37,600 bases of DNA from a virus. Its lineage: Duplodnaviria; Caudoviricetes. The translations under genes were made by a program, and so were the position numbers. The stretch covers positions 1-37,600 of the IMG/VR virus record IMGVR_UViG_3300020045_001999; one strand, given 5' to 3'. The notes under the pieces are model-generated. The model was not told where the DNA came from and did no database searches. It was given only the letters and a program-made list of their open reading frames with translations. Of the stretch, positions 20,119 through 29,016 are shown one piece after another; the first letter of the stretch is position 1; each line of letters begins with the position of its first letter.

Positions 20119-20791
20119 TATTATTTTGATTATCTTCTTGTATATTTAATCGTTTAAGTTTTTCGTTTACTATTTCATTTTTAATTAAATCTATATAATG
20201 AGGTTGTAATGGATAATTAGATGTCATTTCATCAAAACAAGGTAATGATGTTGATGTACAACTACAACAATTTGTATAATTAGATAATTCTAAAGGATCT
20301 TCAAATACACCTGTAATTGTAATACATTCTAATAAATTTAAAACATCATCTTCACTTATTAAATATATATATTTATCATTATCTAAAAATGCAAACACTG
20401 CTCTATTAAAAGGTGAATATTGTGAATAGATAGCTTTTTGTTTAGTTACAAAATTAAATGGTACTGATATACGTTCTGTAGGTTTAACAGATGTTATTGC
20501 AGATTTAATATGTAATTCTAATGGTTGAGGAATAGGTCTTTTAGTTCTAAGTATAGTTTCACAACTTAAATCTAAACCACATTCATTTACAGATACTCTT
20601 TCTAAACCTAAACATAAAGTTTGTGTTACAGAAACATCTGTAGTTCGTTGATAATTATTCAGTTCTTGTCTTAAATACTTAGCTCTTTTAATACCATATA
20701 AATATATAATATATTCATTTGATAATTCTGAGTCATCAGTATAATCTTTTAATTCTTCACGAACATCATAAATAATATTTTCTAAAATCAT
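20099..20791 (-). CDS. Tail ring protein (crAss001 gp40-like)
   Basis: RAKYLRQ, QTLCLGLE, ILRTKRPIP and ITITGVFEDP motifs, plus synteny. Confidence 0.65.
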   Translation of the reverse strand: MILENIIYDVREELKDYTDDSELSNEYIIYLYGIKRAKYLRQELNNYQRTTDVSVTQTLCLGLERVSVNECGLDLSCETILRTKRPIPQPLELHIKSAITSVKPTERISVPFNFVTKQKAIYSQYSPFNRAVFAFLDNDKYIYLISEDDVLNLLECITITGVFEDPLELSNYTNCCSCTSTSLPCFDEMTSNYPLQPHYIDLIKNEIVNEKLKRLNIQEDNQNNSDDNKE

Positions 20792-20802
20792 TTTTTTTGT
20801 AT

Positions 20803-20839
20803 AAAAAAAAGGTACTCAACTTTATGAGTTAAGTACCTT
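20803..20839 (-). terminator. Intrinsic terminator after the metallophosphoesterase
   Basis: AAGGTACT...AGTACCTT stem running into a T8 tract on the minus strand. Confidence 0.8.
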
Positions 20840-20853
20840 CGTTATGTTTATTT

Positions 20854-21786
20854 TTATAAATTCATCATTATATTTATTGGAACTTCTCCTTGAAGAACCA
20901 CACCACATGCTATTGCAGGTTTTGGACCTTCTTTACCATATGCCATTGCGTAAGAATGATGATCAACTCCACATCCCGTTTGCATTCCAAATATTTTAAA
21001 TTTAGCACCTACACACCAATCAATATATGCTTGACTATGTAAATGACCTTGTACTACAGATTGTAAATCTCTTCTAATTCTAGCTCTTGCAGTACCACCT
21101 TCACCATGAATATATAAAACATCATCAATTTCAATTGAATCTGAAAATATCCATCCTGGTGTACCTAATACTTCAGCATAATCTTTAATCCACAATTTAG
21201 ATAAACCACTTGAATAAGCTTTACGCATTATTAATCTATCATGATTACCTATAATAACAGTTGCTTTAGGAAAAGCACTATACCATTGTTTAATACGTTG
21301 TATAGCTAATTTAAGTTCTTGTCCTGCACTGTGACCATCAGGATCAGTTTCATGATACGAACTTGCATGATTGTCTATTATATCACCTATAAATACTACT
21401 TCATCGCATTTGTATTTATTATATGTTTCAATACAATGTTCTAAATAACCATCTAAACAAAACGGTTCATGTAAATCTCCAATAACTAATACATTTTTAC
21501 CAGATTTAGATTTTTTAATATTTTCTTTAAAGGAATCAAACGGTAAGTAACCTGTAGTAAAAGCGTTTTTAAATACATCTTGTGATGTTTTAAAATCTTT
21601 ATCTAATGTGATTTTAAATCTTTTACTATCTTTTCCAGGTCTATTTTTAAATTCTCTACGAACTTCTTGTAAAGCTTGATAACATAAATCTTCATCACAT
21701 TCTAAAATTGTTGATAATTTATAAGCTCCAAATTTAATATATCCAGGTTTTCTTTTTAAGAAATCTTTAATTTCTTCTAAAATCAT
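20854..21786 (-). CDS. Calcineurin-like metallophosphoesterase with an N-terminal helical extension
   Basis: Complete motif set: GDLH, GDIID, GNHD, IHG, GHLH. Confidence 0.9.
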   Translation of the reverse strand: MILEEIKDFLKRKPGYIKFGAYKLSTILECDEDLCYQALQEVRREFKNRPGKDSKRFKITLDKDFKTSQDVFKNAFTTGYLPFDSFKENIKKSKSGKNVLVIGDLHEPFCLDGYLEHCIETYNKYKCDEVVFIGDIIDNHASSYHETDPDGHSAGQELKLAIQRIKQWYSAFPKATVIIGNHDRLIMRKAYSSGLSKLWIKDYAEVLGTPGWIFSDSIEIDDVLYIHGEGGTARARIRRDLQSVVQGHLHSQAYIDWCVGAKFKIFGMQTGCGVDHHSYAMAYGKEGPKPAIACGVVLQGEVPINIMMNL

Positions 21787-21811
21787 ATTTTAATTTTTTA
21801 AAATTATTGTA

Positions 21812-21843
21812 CAAAGGTACAAAATATATTTGACATTTCCAAA
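21812..21843 (-). promoter_or_regulatory. Bacteroidota -33/-7 promoter
   Basis: TTTG-N20-TACCTTTG, a perfect consensus match 25 nt upstream of ATG 21786. Confidence 0.88.
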
Positions 21844-21871
21844 TAAAATAGCAATTATTTTTTAATTTATT

Positions 21872-23377
21872 TTAAATCCATGATGAACTACCATCAGTTA
21901 TATATTCATTAGTTACTTCGTTAAAGAGATTTTTTTCTTTTGTTACATTTACAGAACCTATTAACTCTATACCATTAGTGTATTTATTTAAGAAATTACC
22001 ACCTATCATGGCATCATCACAATTATTTAAGATTATTCCACTTGGTATTGAAATTATCGCATTTCCTTGTAATTGATTATCTTTGATTCTCACGAAAGGC
22101 ATATTTTCAATATAAATAGCTGTTGAGTTAATAGCACTTCCATAAACAAGTATATCATTTCCAATAATTTTCATTGAATTTTGAGGAGCACTTGATACTC
22201 CTTTAACAATAATAGCTATTATTCCAGATGATGTGTGATTTATTTTGTTATAAATAATATCAAACTTACCATTATTTGTTCCTGAATTATCAACAAACAC
22301 TAAAGCTCTATTATAAGATACATCAAATCCTTGTGATGTCATTGCTAAGATATTATTATTTTCAAATGAACCATTAGCACCATTAACAGCACGAACAGCA
22401 CTTGGACAAGCTTTGAAATAATTATGGTGTATCATACAATATTCTCCATCTTCACCAAGTGTAATGCATGTTTGAAGATTATTAGTATAGTTAGAAGTTC
22501 CTAAAAATTCATTCGCAAATATATTGCAACCCTCAGAAGAAACACCTCCATTTAATGCACTTATTGAAATTGCGCTTCTTCGCCAATTTTTAAAAGTATT
22601 GTTGAAAATTTTAAATGAACCGCTACCAGTTAAAATATTTATAAAGTCATAATCGGCGTATGAACCATAAGTACCAATAAAATTAAAACCAGTTATAGAA
22701 ACCCTATTACAATTTGTAAAAGTAAATAATGCGTTTGTTCCTGCTAAATTATTTTCTTTAATAACTGCTCCGTCACCAACAAAATAAAACTCATCTAAAT
22801 TATCAATTGTAATACCATTAAACTTATACGTTCCGCTTGGAAAATACATCATTTTAACTCCATTTGCTTTGCAGTAAGCAATCGCATTAGTCAAATAAGT
22901 TGACATTGTAGCAGCTGTTTGCGTAGCATTATTAGCTAAAATTTTATCTTTATCTGCCTGTACAGTAACAAAAGATAAAAAATTCAATCTATTTGTTGTT
23001 ATTGCTGTACTTGCAAAAACAATATCTGCCATTGAGGCAACACTATTACTTGCGCTTAATGTAGTATTGGCATTTAAAGCATCTAATTGATTCTGTGGTA
23101 GGGGTGTCGCTCCACCCTGATTAAAACCCCCAGTATTTTCAGTATAAAAATCTATAAAAGCTTGTTCATTTACAAAAGGAGTATTTGCTTCATCTATTAA
23201 ATCTGAAAAAGAAATACCTTTTAAACCATTATAGGTTAATCCTTCAAAGTCATATACTGTTTCTAATGTTTTATCTTTGTATACAAAAACGTTTTTAGCT
23301 AAACCTTGATATTGTTTTCCAGCAATTGTATCTTCTATAATTATATAATTATTTTTTTTATATATTTTAAATGCCAT
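21872..23377 (-). CDS. Right-handed beta-helix (pectate-lyase-like) tailspike / polysaccharide depolymerase
   Basis: AIAYCKANG..MYFPSGTY cap motif followed by Asn/Ile-rich beta-helix rungs (IFNNTF, IHHNYF, IIGNDI, IKDNQL). Confidence 0.8.
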   Translation of the reverse strand: MAFKIYKKNNYIIIEDTIAGKQYQGLAKNVFVYKDKTLETVYDFEGLTYNGLKGISFSDLIDEANTPFVNEQAFIDFYTENTGGFNQGGATPLPQNQLDALNANTTLSASNSVASMADIVFASTAITTNRLNFLSFVTVQADKDKILANNATQTAATMSTYLTNAIAYCKANGVKMMYFPSGTYKFNGITIDNLDEFYFVGDGAVIKENNLAGTNALFTFTNCNRVSITGFNFIGTYGSYADYDFINILTGSGSFKIFNNTFKNWRRSAISISALNGGVSSEGCNIFANEFLGTSNYTNNLQTCITLGEDGEYCMIHHNYFKACPSAVRAVNGANGSFENNNILAMTSQGFDVSYNRALVFVDNSGTNNGKFDIIYNKINHTSSGIIAIIVKGVSSAPQNSMKIIGNDILVYGSAINSTAIYIENMPFVRIKDNQLQGNAIISIPSGIILNNCDDAMIGGNFLNKYTNGIELIGSVNVTKEKNLFNEVTNEYITDGSSSWI

Positions 23378-23380
23378 TTT

Positions 23381-23989
23381 TTATTTTTTAATATTAATAA
23401 ATCTTAAATCGTAATCTATAAATCCTGATTTTGTTAAAGGATCATATGAACCTGAAAATAAATCTCCTCTTTTATTTTGAAATCTTAAATTTAATTTATA
23501 ACTAGGTTTTTCTAAATTATATAAATATAGTCCCCCGCCACTATATAAAGCAAATACTGTTTTCTTTTCAGGTAGTCTAGCTTTAACTGTTATTGTAGGA
23601 GCTATTTTAAAAAGCTCTCCTTTAGTTTCTGTAAAGATTGATACATCAGCTATACTATCATTAAAATCGTTCTTGTATTGTCTTATTTTAGTTGCATCAA
23701 TAAACATTTCTGTTTTAATTGAATCTGTACTTTTTTCAAAAACTTTAACTTCAACTGTATCAATTTTTCCTTTTATAAAAATAGTATCACCTTTTATTGT
23801 TTTATATTTAGTTATAATTTTAGTTTTTATTTTAGAAGGTTTATAGATTGTATCAAATTGTTTAACTAATTTTGTTTTATAACTAATTTGAGTATCTTGC
23901 CTATTACAACTTCTTTGAAAATAAATAAATATTAAAGCTAAAAATAATAGCAAATAAGGTATTGTATTTTTATTTAAATATTTTATCAT
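23381..23989 (-). CDS. Membrane-anchored spanin-like lysis protein
   Basis: N-terminal hydrophobic helix followed by RSC, and amphipathic beta-strands at the C-terminus. ATGA-coupled to the endolysin. Confidence 0.5.
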   Translation of the reverse strand: MIKYLNKNTIPYLLLFLALIFIYFQRSCNRQDTQISYKTKLVKQFDTIYKPSKIKTKIITKYKTIKGDTIFIKGKIDTVEVKVFEKSTDSIKTEMFIDATKIRQYKNDFNDSIADVSIFTETKGELFKIAPTITVKARLPEKKTVFALYSGGGLYLYNLEKPSYKLNLRFQNKRGDLFSGSYDPLTKSGFIDYDLRFINIKK

Positions 23990-24483
23990 TTAGGTAATCT
24001 TTTAATTACTGATTGCATCACTGCTTTTAATTGTTTAGCATAATCAGGTGCAGTAGCATATCCTGCTTTTGCAATTTCTTCAAAGAATTTTTCAGGATTA
24101 TTTTTAACTAGTAAAGCTTTTGAATATCTTGGATTTTTTAAAAAGAAATTTACATGATCTGTGAAAGCTAATTCTGCAGAAGGATATTTTCTAAAATAAT
24201 CTTTTACAGTATATTTAAATTTATTTCCTGCTTTTACAATTTTTAATATAACAGGAAATTTAACTTTATCTGTAGATAAATATTCTGTAGTAGTAATTAG
24301 TTGTTCATTACCATTTACACCATCAGTATCTTTAATACCAAAAAAGTTATTTCCCACAACCTTTTGACCCCAACCACTCTCAAGTGCACCCTGAGTTAAA
24401 GGTATTAAATAATGAAATCCTGTTTTACTTTCTACTTTTTTAGCTTCAGATAAATATGTTTTTACAAATTGTTCTGGTGTCAT
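23986..24483 (-). CDS. Endolysin, GH73 glucosaminidase (FlgJ-like)
   Basis: LESGWG (catalytic Glu), NNFFGIK, FRKY and GYATAPDY motifs. Confidence 0.9.
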   Translation of the reverse strand: MTPEQFVKTYLSEAKKVESKTGFHYLIPLTQGALESGWGQKVVGNNFFGIKDTDGVNGNEQLITTTEYLSTDKVKFPVILKIVKAGNKFKYTVKDYFRKYPSAELAFTDHVNFFLKNPRYSKALLVKNNPEKFFEEIAKAGYATAPDYAKQLKAVMQSVIKRLPK

Positions 24484-24857
24484 TATTTATTATTTTTTTT
24501 ATATAATTCAAATTCTCTTTTAAGTTTTTCATGATCTCTAGATAATTCATTATATTTATCTGTCAACTCTCTGTGTAGTTTTTCCCAATTTTGTGATTGT
24601 TCAACTTCTTTAGCATACGCTAATTGTATATCATTAAATTGACTTTGAATATTTCTATAATCAATTCTTAATTGCTTAATATCTTCTTTTAATCCTTCTC
24701 TGTCAGATTTTAATTCATCTACTAAACCACTATATATATTTTCAACTTTTGTTAAAAAGTCTGCTTTTGAATTTTTTTTGTTTGTAAAATATGTAATAAT
24801 TGTAGTTAAGCTACCACCTCCTAATATACCTTGCCAATTTTCTATTATCCAATTCAT
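24483..24857 (-). CDS. Holin/antiholin-like protein (N-terminal membrane segment plus coiled coil)
   Basis: WQGILGGGSLTTIITYF followed by a basic stretch and a heptad coiled coil. TAATG-coupled to the endolysin. Confidence 0.55.
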   Translation of the reverse strand: MNWIIENWQGILGGGSLTTIITYFTNKKNSKADFLTKVENIYSGLVDELKSDREGLKEDIKQLRIDYRNIQSQFNDIQLAYAKEVEQSQNWEKLHRELTDKYNELSRDHEKLKREFELYKKNNK

Positions 24858-25048
24858 TTATTTTTTAATATTTTTGATGTTTTTATTATACCTATTGAAA
24901 TCATTATTATTCTAAATAACGTTTTAATCCAAGGTTGAACACCTAAATCATCTAATAATTGAGTAAATAAATCTGTTGTAGCATCTAATATACCTCCTAT
25001 TAAATATATGAAAGGTATTCCGTATGTATAAAAATATTTTTTTAACAT
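24854..25048 (-). CDS. Small two-TM membrane protein, holin candidate
   Basis: 64 aa with two hydrophobic segments and a Lys-rich C-terminus, at the head of the lysis cassette. Confidence 0.55.
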   Translation of the reverse strand: MLKKYFYTYGIPFIYLIGGILDATTDLFTQLLDDLGVQPWIKTLFRIIMISIGIIKTSKILKNK

Positions 25049-25050
25049 AA

Positions 25051-26112
25051 TTAAAGTTTCATTATTCTTAAACGTACTACATATGGTTGCATATTATTAT
25101 GTGCTTCACAAGAACCTTCTGTACCACCACTTAACCCACCTGTTAAACTTGTAAAATTATCCCATATGTCTGCACCACCAGGTGTTCCTCCACCTGTTGA
25201 TCTTGAACCAAAAGAACTAATATCTTCTGTTTGAGAAATAACATGTTTGTGTTTTGGCATTTCACTTATTGAAAGTTGATGTTTTTCTTCACCACCTGTT
25301 GTTTCAGGATCATCATAATCTAATTGATTTCCATATCCAACAACTACTAAACCTGTATCGTCAGGTACAGTAATGGTTTGACCATTGTAAATATGTGTTG
25401 CACCATTCATTATAGCCCAACCTACTCTTTCATTTATACCTAAACCACTACCATCAAAATTACTACCTAAATATAATTTATCACATACAACTTCTTTTGT
25501 ATCTCCTTTTAACCATCCAATATTTCCATTTGTATTATTTATAGATATTACATAAGGACTTAAAGAAGTTCCAGCTCCAGTTATTGTAATTCCTGTTCCA
25601 GACTGATATAATTTACCATCTATTTTATAAGGATCTAATGTTGTACCTGTGCCTGTTACAACAATTTGTAAACCGTTAATAATTTTTGTAGAAGAACCGT
25701 TTGCAATTGTTGGCTCAACAGCCAATTGTATTTGTGTATCAGTTTCTACTATATCTACAGTGCCGTCTAAACAAACTATTTCTTTAATATTATCCAATAC
25801 TGCATATTCTAATTTAAAAAAATTATATGTTTTATTAGAATAATCGACATTAAAAATAGGAGGCATTGAAGGATATGTAAAATCTAAAGGTATTAAACCA
25901 GTATTTTCTTCACCTGTCTGAACTTCTCTCCATTCATAAATTGTTCTTTCTTCTTGACAAAATATTTTTATACCGTCAATATATGTAAAAGCTAAATTAT
26001 TATCAATTCCTAAATATGCTAAAGTTGATTCATTTATACAATATTCTTTTACATTTAATGGTATTTGAGAAGGTATATTTAAACCACCTGTTATATTTTC
26101 GTAAGTTTGCAT
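25051..26112 (-). CDS. Tail fibre protein with a C-terminal tail-collar / His-motif tip
   Basis: Two (V/I)TGxGTxxxPY repeats, GWAIMNG, GGEEKHQLSISEMPKHKH and AHNNMQPY motifs. Confidence 0.75.
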   Translation of the reverse strand: MQTYENITGGLNIPSQIPLNVKEYCINESTLAYLGIDNNLAFTYIDGIKIFCQEERTIYEWREVQTGEENTGLIPLDFTYPSMPPIFNVDYSNKTYNFFKLEYAVLDNIKEIVCLDGTVDIVETDTQIQLAVEPTIANGSSTKIINGLQIVVTGTGTTLDPYKIDGKLYQSGTGITITGAGTSLSPYVISINNTNGNIGWLKGDTKEVVCDKLYLGSNFDGSGLGINERVGWAIMNGATHIYNGQTITVPDDTGLVVVGYGNQLDYDDPETTGGEEKHQLSISEMPKHKHVISQTEDISSFGSRSTGGGTPGGADIWDNFTSLTGGLSGGTEGSCEAHNNMQPYVVRLRIMKL

Positions 26113-26756
26113 TATTTTATTATTTTTATTTTAATATCTCCGTGACTATAATTATTTTTAGATACAAATAAAGTTAAATTATGGCTATCAATATATGTTC
26201 TTGTAAATTGATCAGTTATATTATTATTTAAATTATCAAATATATTTAAATTAGAATTTAATGTATCAAATGCGGCAAATATTATTTTACCTATTTTAGA
26301 ATAAGTTATTATTTTACCTAACGCAAAATTTTCATAAGAATCATATTCTTTATTATTAAAATAATCAGTAATTATAACTTCATCAACAATTGATTGAAAA
26401 ATACTATTTAAACCATCATATTGCCAATAATATATTTTAGGAAAAGTATTAATTTGATTACAATCTTCTATTTCTGCTTGTGTAAACGTTTGTTTTACAG
26501 GCATTATATATTTTTGTATATTAGTAATTTTACAAATACTTTCAGAATTAAAATATATTTTTCTATATAAGTCTATTAATTCTCTTCGTTGTATTTGTGT
26601 TAATGTCATACAACAATTATCTAGTAATTTATAAATAATATTTAATATGTATAAATTTATAGAATTTAATTTACCATTTAATTTACCTTGATTATATATA
26701 TTATCTAAAGAACTAATCAAAACTGAAGTATGATTTTGTTCGTTTATTTCTAACAT
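26112..26756 (-). CDS. Putative tail hub protein B-like with a C-terminal extension
   Basis: Synteny (after the hub A-like gene, before the fibre), helical Cys-containing N-terminus, TAATG coupling on both sides. Confidence 0.45.
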   Translation of the reverse strand: MLEINEQNHTSVLISSLDNIYNQGKLNGKLNSINLYILNIIYKLLDNCCMTLTQIQRRELIDLYRKIYFNSESICKITNIQKYIMPVKQTFTQAEIEDCNQINTFPKIYYWQYDGLNSIFQSIVDEVIITDYFNNKEYDSYENFALGKIITYSKIGKIIFAAFDTLNSNLNIFDNLNNNITDQFTRTYIDSHNLTLFVSKNNYSHGDIKIKIIK

Positions 26757-27334
26757 TATGTTGCTTGGTTAAATTTACCACATGAATTACATTCAACTTG
26801 TTTACAAGTTTTACATTGTTTTAATTCACATAGTTTTTTTAATTTATTAATAGAAGCAATAGCTTGTAAATAAAAACCTAACTCTATTGACTTTTCGATA
26901 GAATCTATTAATAAATTTATTGTTACTACTAAATTTTTATTTGTTAAATTATTACATGTACTACAATCTGTTATTTCACTTTTAAGTAAATATTCTAACA
27001 TACACGCGTAATATGGTAATAAATTATATGTAATACCTAATGCTGGTAATAAGCATGTAGGACATTCTTCAGTTGGAGCATCACTTTCTACTTCTATAAA
27101 ATATATATCTTCAAATTTTAATATACCTAATTCTGTAGCTGATACAATAAATACTTCTTTATTATTTACATTTTCTACTTTATAATGTAAATTTGTGGAT
27201 AATGAATAATCTTTAAAACTATTCATATCCCATAATAAAATAGATGTAATATTATATCCTAAATCTGTCTCAACATCAATGGCTAATTTACTACCATTAT
27301 CTATAATTGAAAAATTGTTAATTGTTATTGCCAT
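26756..27334 (-). CDS. Putative tail hub protein A-like, Cys-rich
   Basis: N-terminal beta domain (ITINNFSII.NGSKLAIDV) and several CxxC pairs. Follows the auxiliary capsid gene. Confidence 0.55.
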   Translation of the reverse strand: MAITINNFSIIDNGSKLAIDVETDLGYNITSILLWDMNSFKDYSLSTNLHYKVENVNNKEVFIVSATELGILKFEDIYFIEVESDAPTEECPTCLLPALGITYNLLPYYACMLEYLLKSEITDCSTCNNLTNKNLVVTINLLIDSIEKSIELGFYLQAIASINKLKKLCELKQCKTCKQVECNSCGKFNQAT

Positions 27335-27342
27335 TTTTATAT

Positions 27343-27380
27343 AAAAAAAGGAGTCAAGAGTTCAAAACTCTTGACTCCTT
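27343..27380 (-). terminator. Strong intrinsic terminator after the auxiliary capsid gene
   Basis: Perfect 15-bp inverted repeat AAGGAGTCAAGAGTT / AACTCTTGACTCCTT running into a T7 tract. Confidence 0.92.
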
Positions 27381-27397
27381 ATAATTTAGGTTATTAT

Positions 27398-28420
27398 TTA
27401 TGATGTAGCTAAGTTAGCAGGAACATCAGCATTTGTAGATATAGCTGTTCTAATACTTGTTAAAATTGTATTAGTAGCTGCATTATTTGCTAAAGTATCT
27501 GTAACTTTATTTACTAAAACAGTAAGAACTTTATATTGTCTTTCTACTGAAGTTTCTTTACGTGGAGAATAATATTTAATTTGAATAGTATTATAAACTC
27601 CTGCAGGATCTGCATAATATGGTGTAGCAAAATCAGCTGGATAACCAGTTTGTCTGTACACTTCATATTTCATACCTTTAACAAACCATTCAAAATTAGC
27701 TGCAAATTTAGCAGTTCCTGAACCAGGATTAGCTGTAGTAACAACAGTAGCTGTTAATAAACCAATATTTTGTTGAGGTTGTGTTAAATCTTGAATATTT
27801 TGATAAGTTTTAGCAAGTACATCAAATTCAATTAATCTACCTTCAATTTTACCAGGAATAAATTTTTGAACTTTTCCTGTAATTGTAAATCCTAATGGTG
27901 AAGCATCTGTATTCGTTACAAATTCTGAATCACCCCTTTTAATAAGATTTTTTCTTAATGATGCTAAAACACCATCTCTAATAGTAGTAGCTGTAATTCC
28001 TGTAATATTAGCACCAGTCGTGTAATAGCCGGAAATAACAGCAAAGTTTTCAGGAGATAATGAACCACCATCATTATATAATCTAATTTCTACAACATAT
28101 GTATGATTAGCAAGTACGTTTCCTGTAAACCCAGCAATAGAAACAGATTTTTGAGTTTCAGCTGTATATGCTTTTAACGTTACTTTTTCAACATATTTAG
28201 GATCAATAACATCTGAAAATTCATAGTTTAATCCTTTACCAGCATCACCTGCTGTTTTTTGAACTAATTTAAAAGGTTTATTAGCTGCCACAGCTAAGCC
28301 GTCTTCACTTAATACTTTAAGTGCTTTGTTAGCAGCAGTAGCTACAAACGTTTGAATAGTAGCTTCTGAAGCAGCAGTATTACCAATTATTAATTCACCA
28401 ACTTGATTGGTTCCGTACAT
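27398..28420 (-). CDS. Auxiliary capsid (decoration) protein, crAss001 gp36-like
   Basis: Thr/Ala-rich, with SDVIDP, GSGTAK..ANFEWF..G...YRQTGYP and YNTIQIKY motifs. The strong terminator after it fits a high-copy protein. Confidence 0.7.
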   Translation of the reverse strand: MYGTNQVGELIIGNTAASEATIQTFVATAANKALKVLSEDGLAVAANKPFKLVQKTAGDAGKGLNYEFSDVIDPKYVEKVTLKAYTAETQKSVSIAGFTGNVLANHTYVVEIRLYNDGGSLSPENFAVISGYYTTGANITGITATTIRDGVLASLRKNLIKRGDSEFVTNTDASPLGFTITGKVQKFIPGKIEGRLIEFDVLAKTYQNIQDLTQPQQNIGLLTATVVTTANPGSGTAKFAANFEWFVKGMKYEVYRQTGYPADFATPYYADPAGVYNTIQIKYYSPRKETSVERQYKVLTVLVNKVTDTLANNAATNTILTSIRTAISTNADVPANLATS

Positions 28421-28435
28421 AATTTATATTATTTT

Positions 28436-29014
28436 TTAATTAATATTATATTCATTATAATAAATGAATGTTGTTTTATTTAGTTTTTGATTCTTTAACC
28501 ATCTTAAAAAAGTTGTTTTAGGAATCGTTATTATTTTTAATAATTCACTTATTGTATTATAAATTTCTTTTGTTTCAGTATTTATAATTTTTTGTGATCT
28601 ATAATGAATTTTATTTTTATATGGATTATTACCATACATTGGATTATTAATACCGTTTCTTTTACCTTTTAATGAATTTGATATTTTAGATTTTAATTCT
28701 TCAGATTTAACACATCCTACTGCACCATCACCACCGTCTGTTAAATTTACAAGTGTTCCAAGACCTAAGTCTTTTCTACCATAAAATTTAATTAGATATT
28801 TTTCAATTTCTTTTGCTTCATTATTTGTTAAATTATTAAAAAGAATTTCAATATTATAATCTGTTTTATTTATAATATTATTCCAATATTTACTTCTTCC
28901 AGTAATTTTTTTAGATCTTAATCCTGAAGCTTTTCTTTTATCTGAATCTAATTCAATACCAATGTAAAAAATATTATTAGTATCAAGTCTTCGATGTTGA
29001 TAAACTATTGCCAT
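28436..29014 (-). CDS. Free-standing GIY-YIG-family homing endonuclease with NUMOD3
   Basis: IVYQH...IFYIGI, AKEIEKYLIKFYGR, LVNLTDGGDG, SEELKSKISNSLKG and NPMYG motifs, with a C-terminal HTH-like tail. Confidence 0.82.
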   Translation of the reverse strand: MAIVYQHRRLDTNNIFYIGIELDSDKRKASGLRSKKITGRSKYWNNIINKTDYNIEILFNNLTNNEAKEIEKYLIKFYGRKDLGLGTLVNLTDGGDGAVGCVKSEELKSKISNSLKGKRNGINNPMYGNNPYKNKIHYRSQKIINTETKEIYNTISELLKIITIPKTTFLRWLKNQKLNKTTFIYYNEYNIN

Positions 29015-29016
29015 AT

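Noticed and set aside
19443-25843. Plus-strand ORFs 19443-19661 and 25649-25843
   Set aside because: Antisense to well-supported structural genes, with no promoter or motif.
18233-29016. Introns surrounding the GIY-YIG genes at 18262 and 28436
   Set aside because: Flanks are only 1-29 nt, no P7 core is visible, and neighbouring genes look complete.
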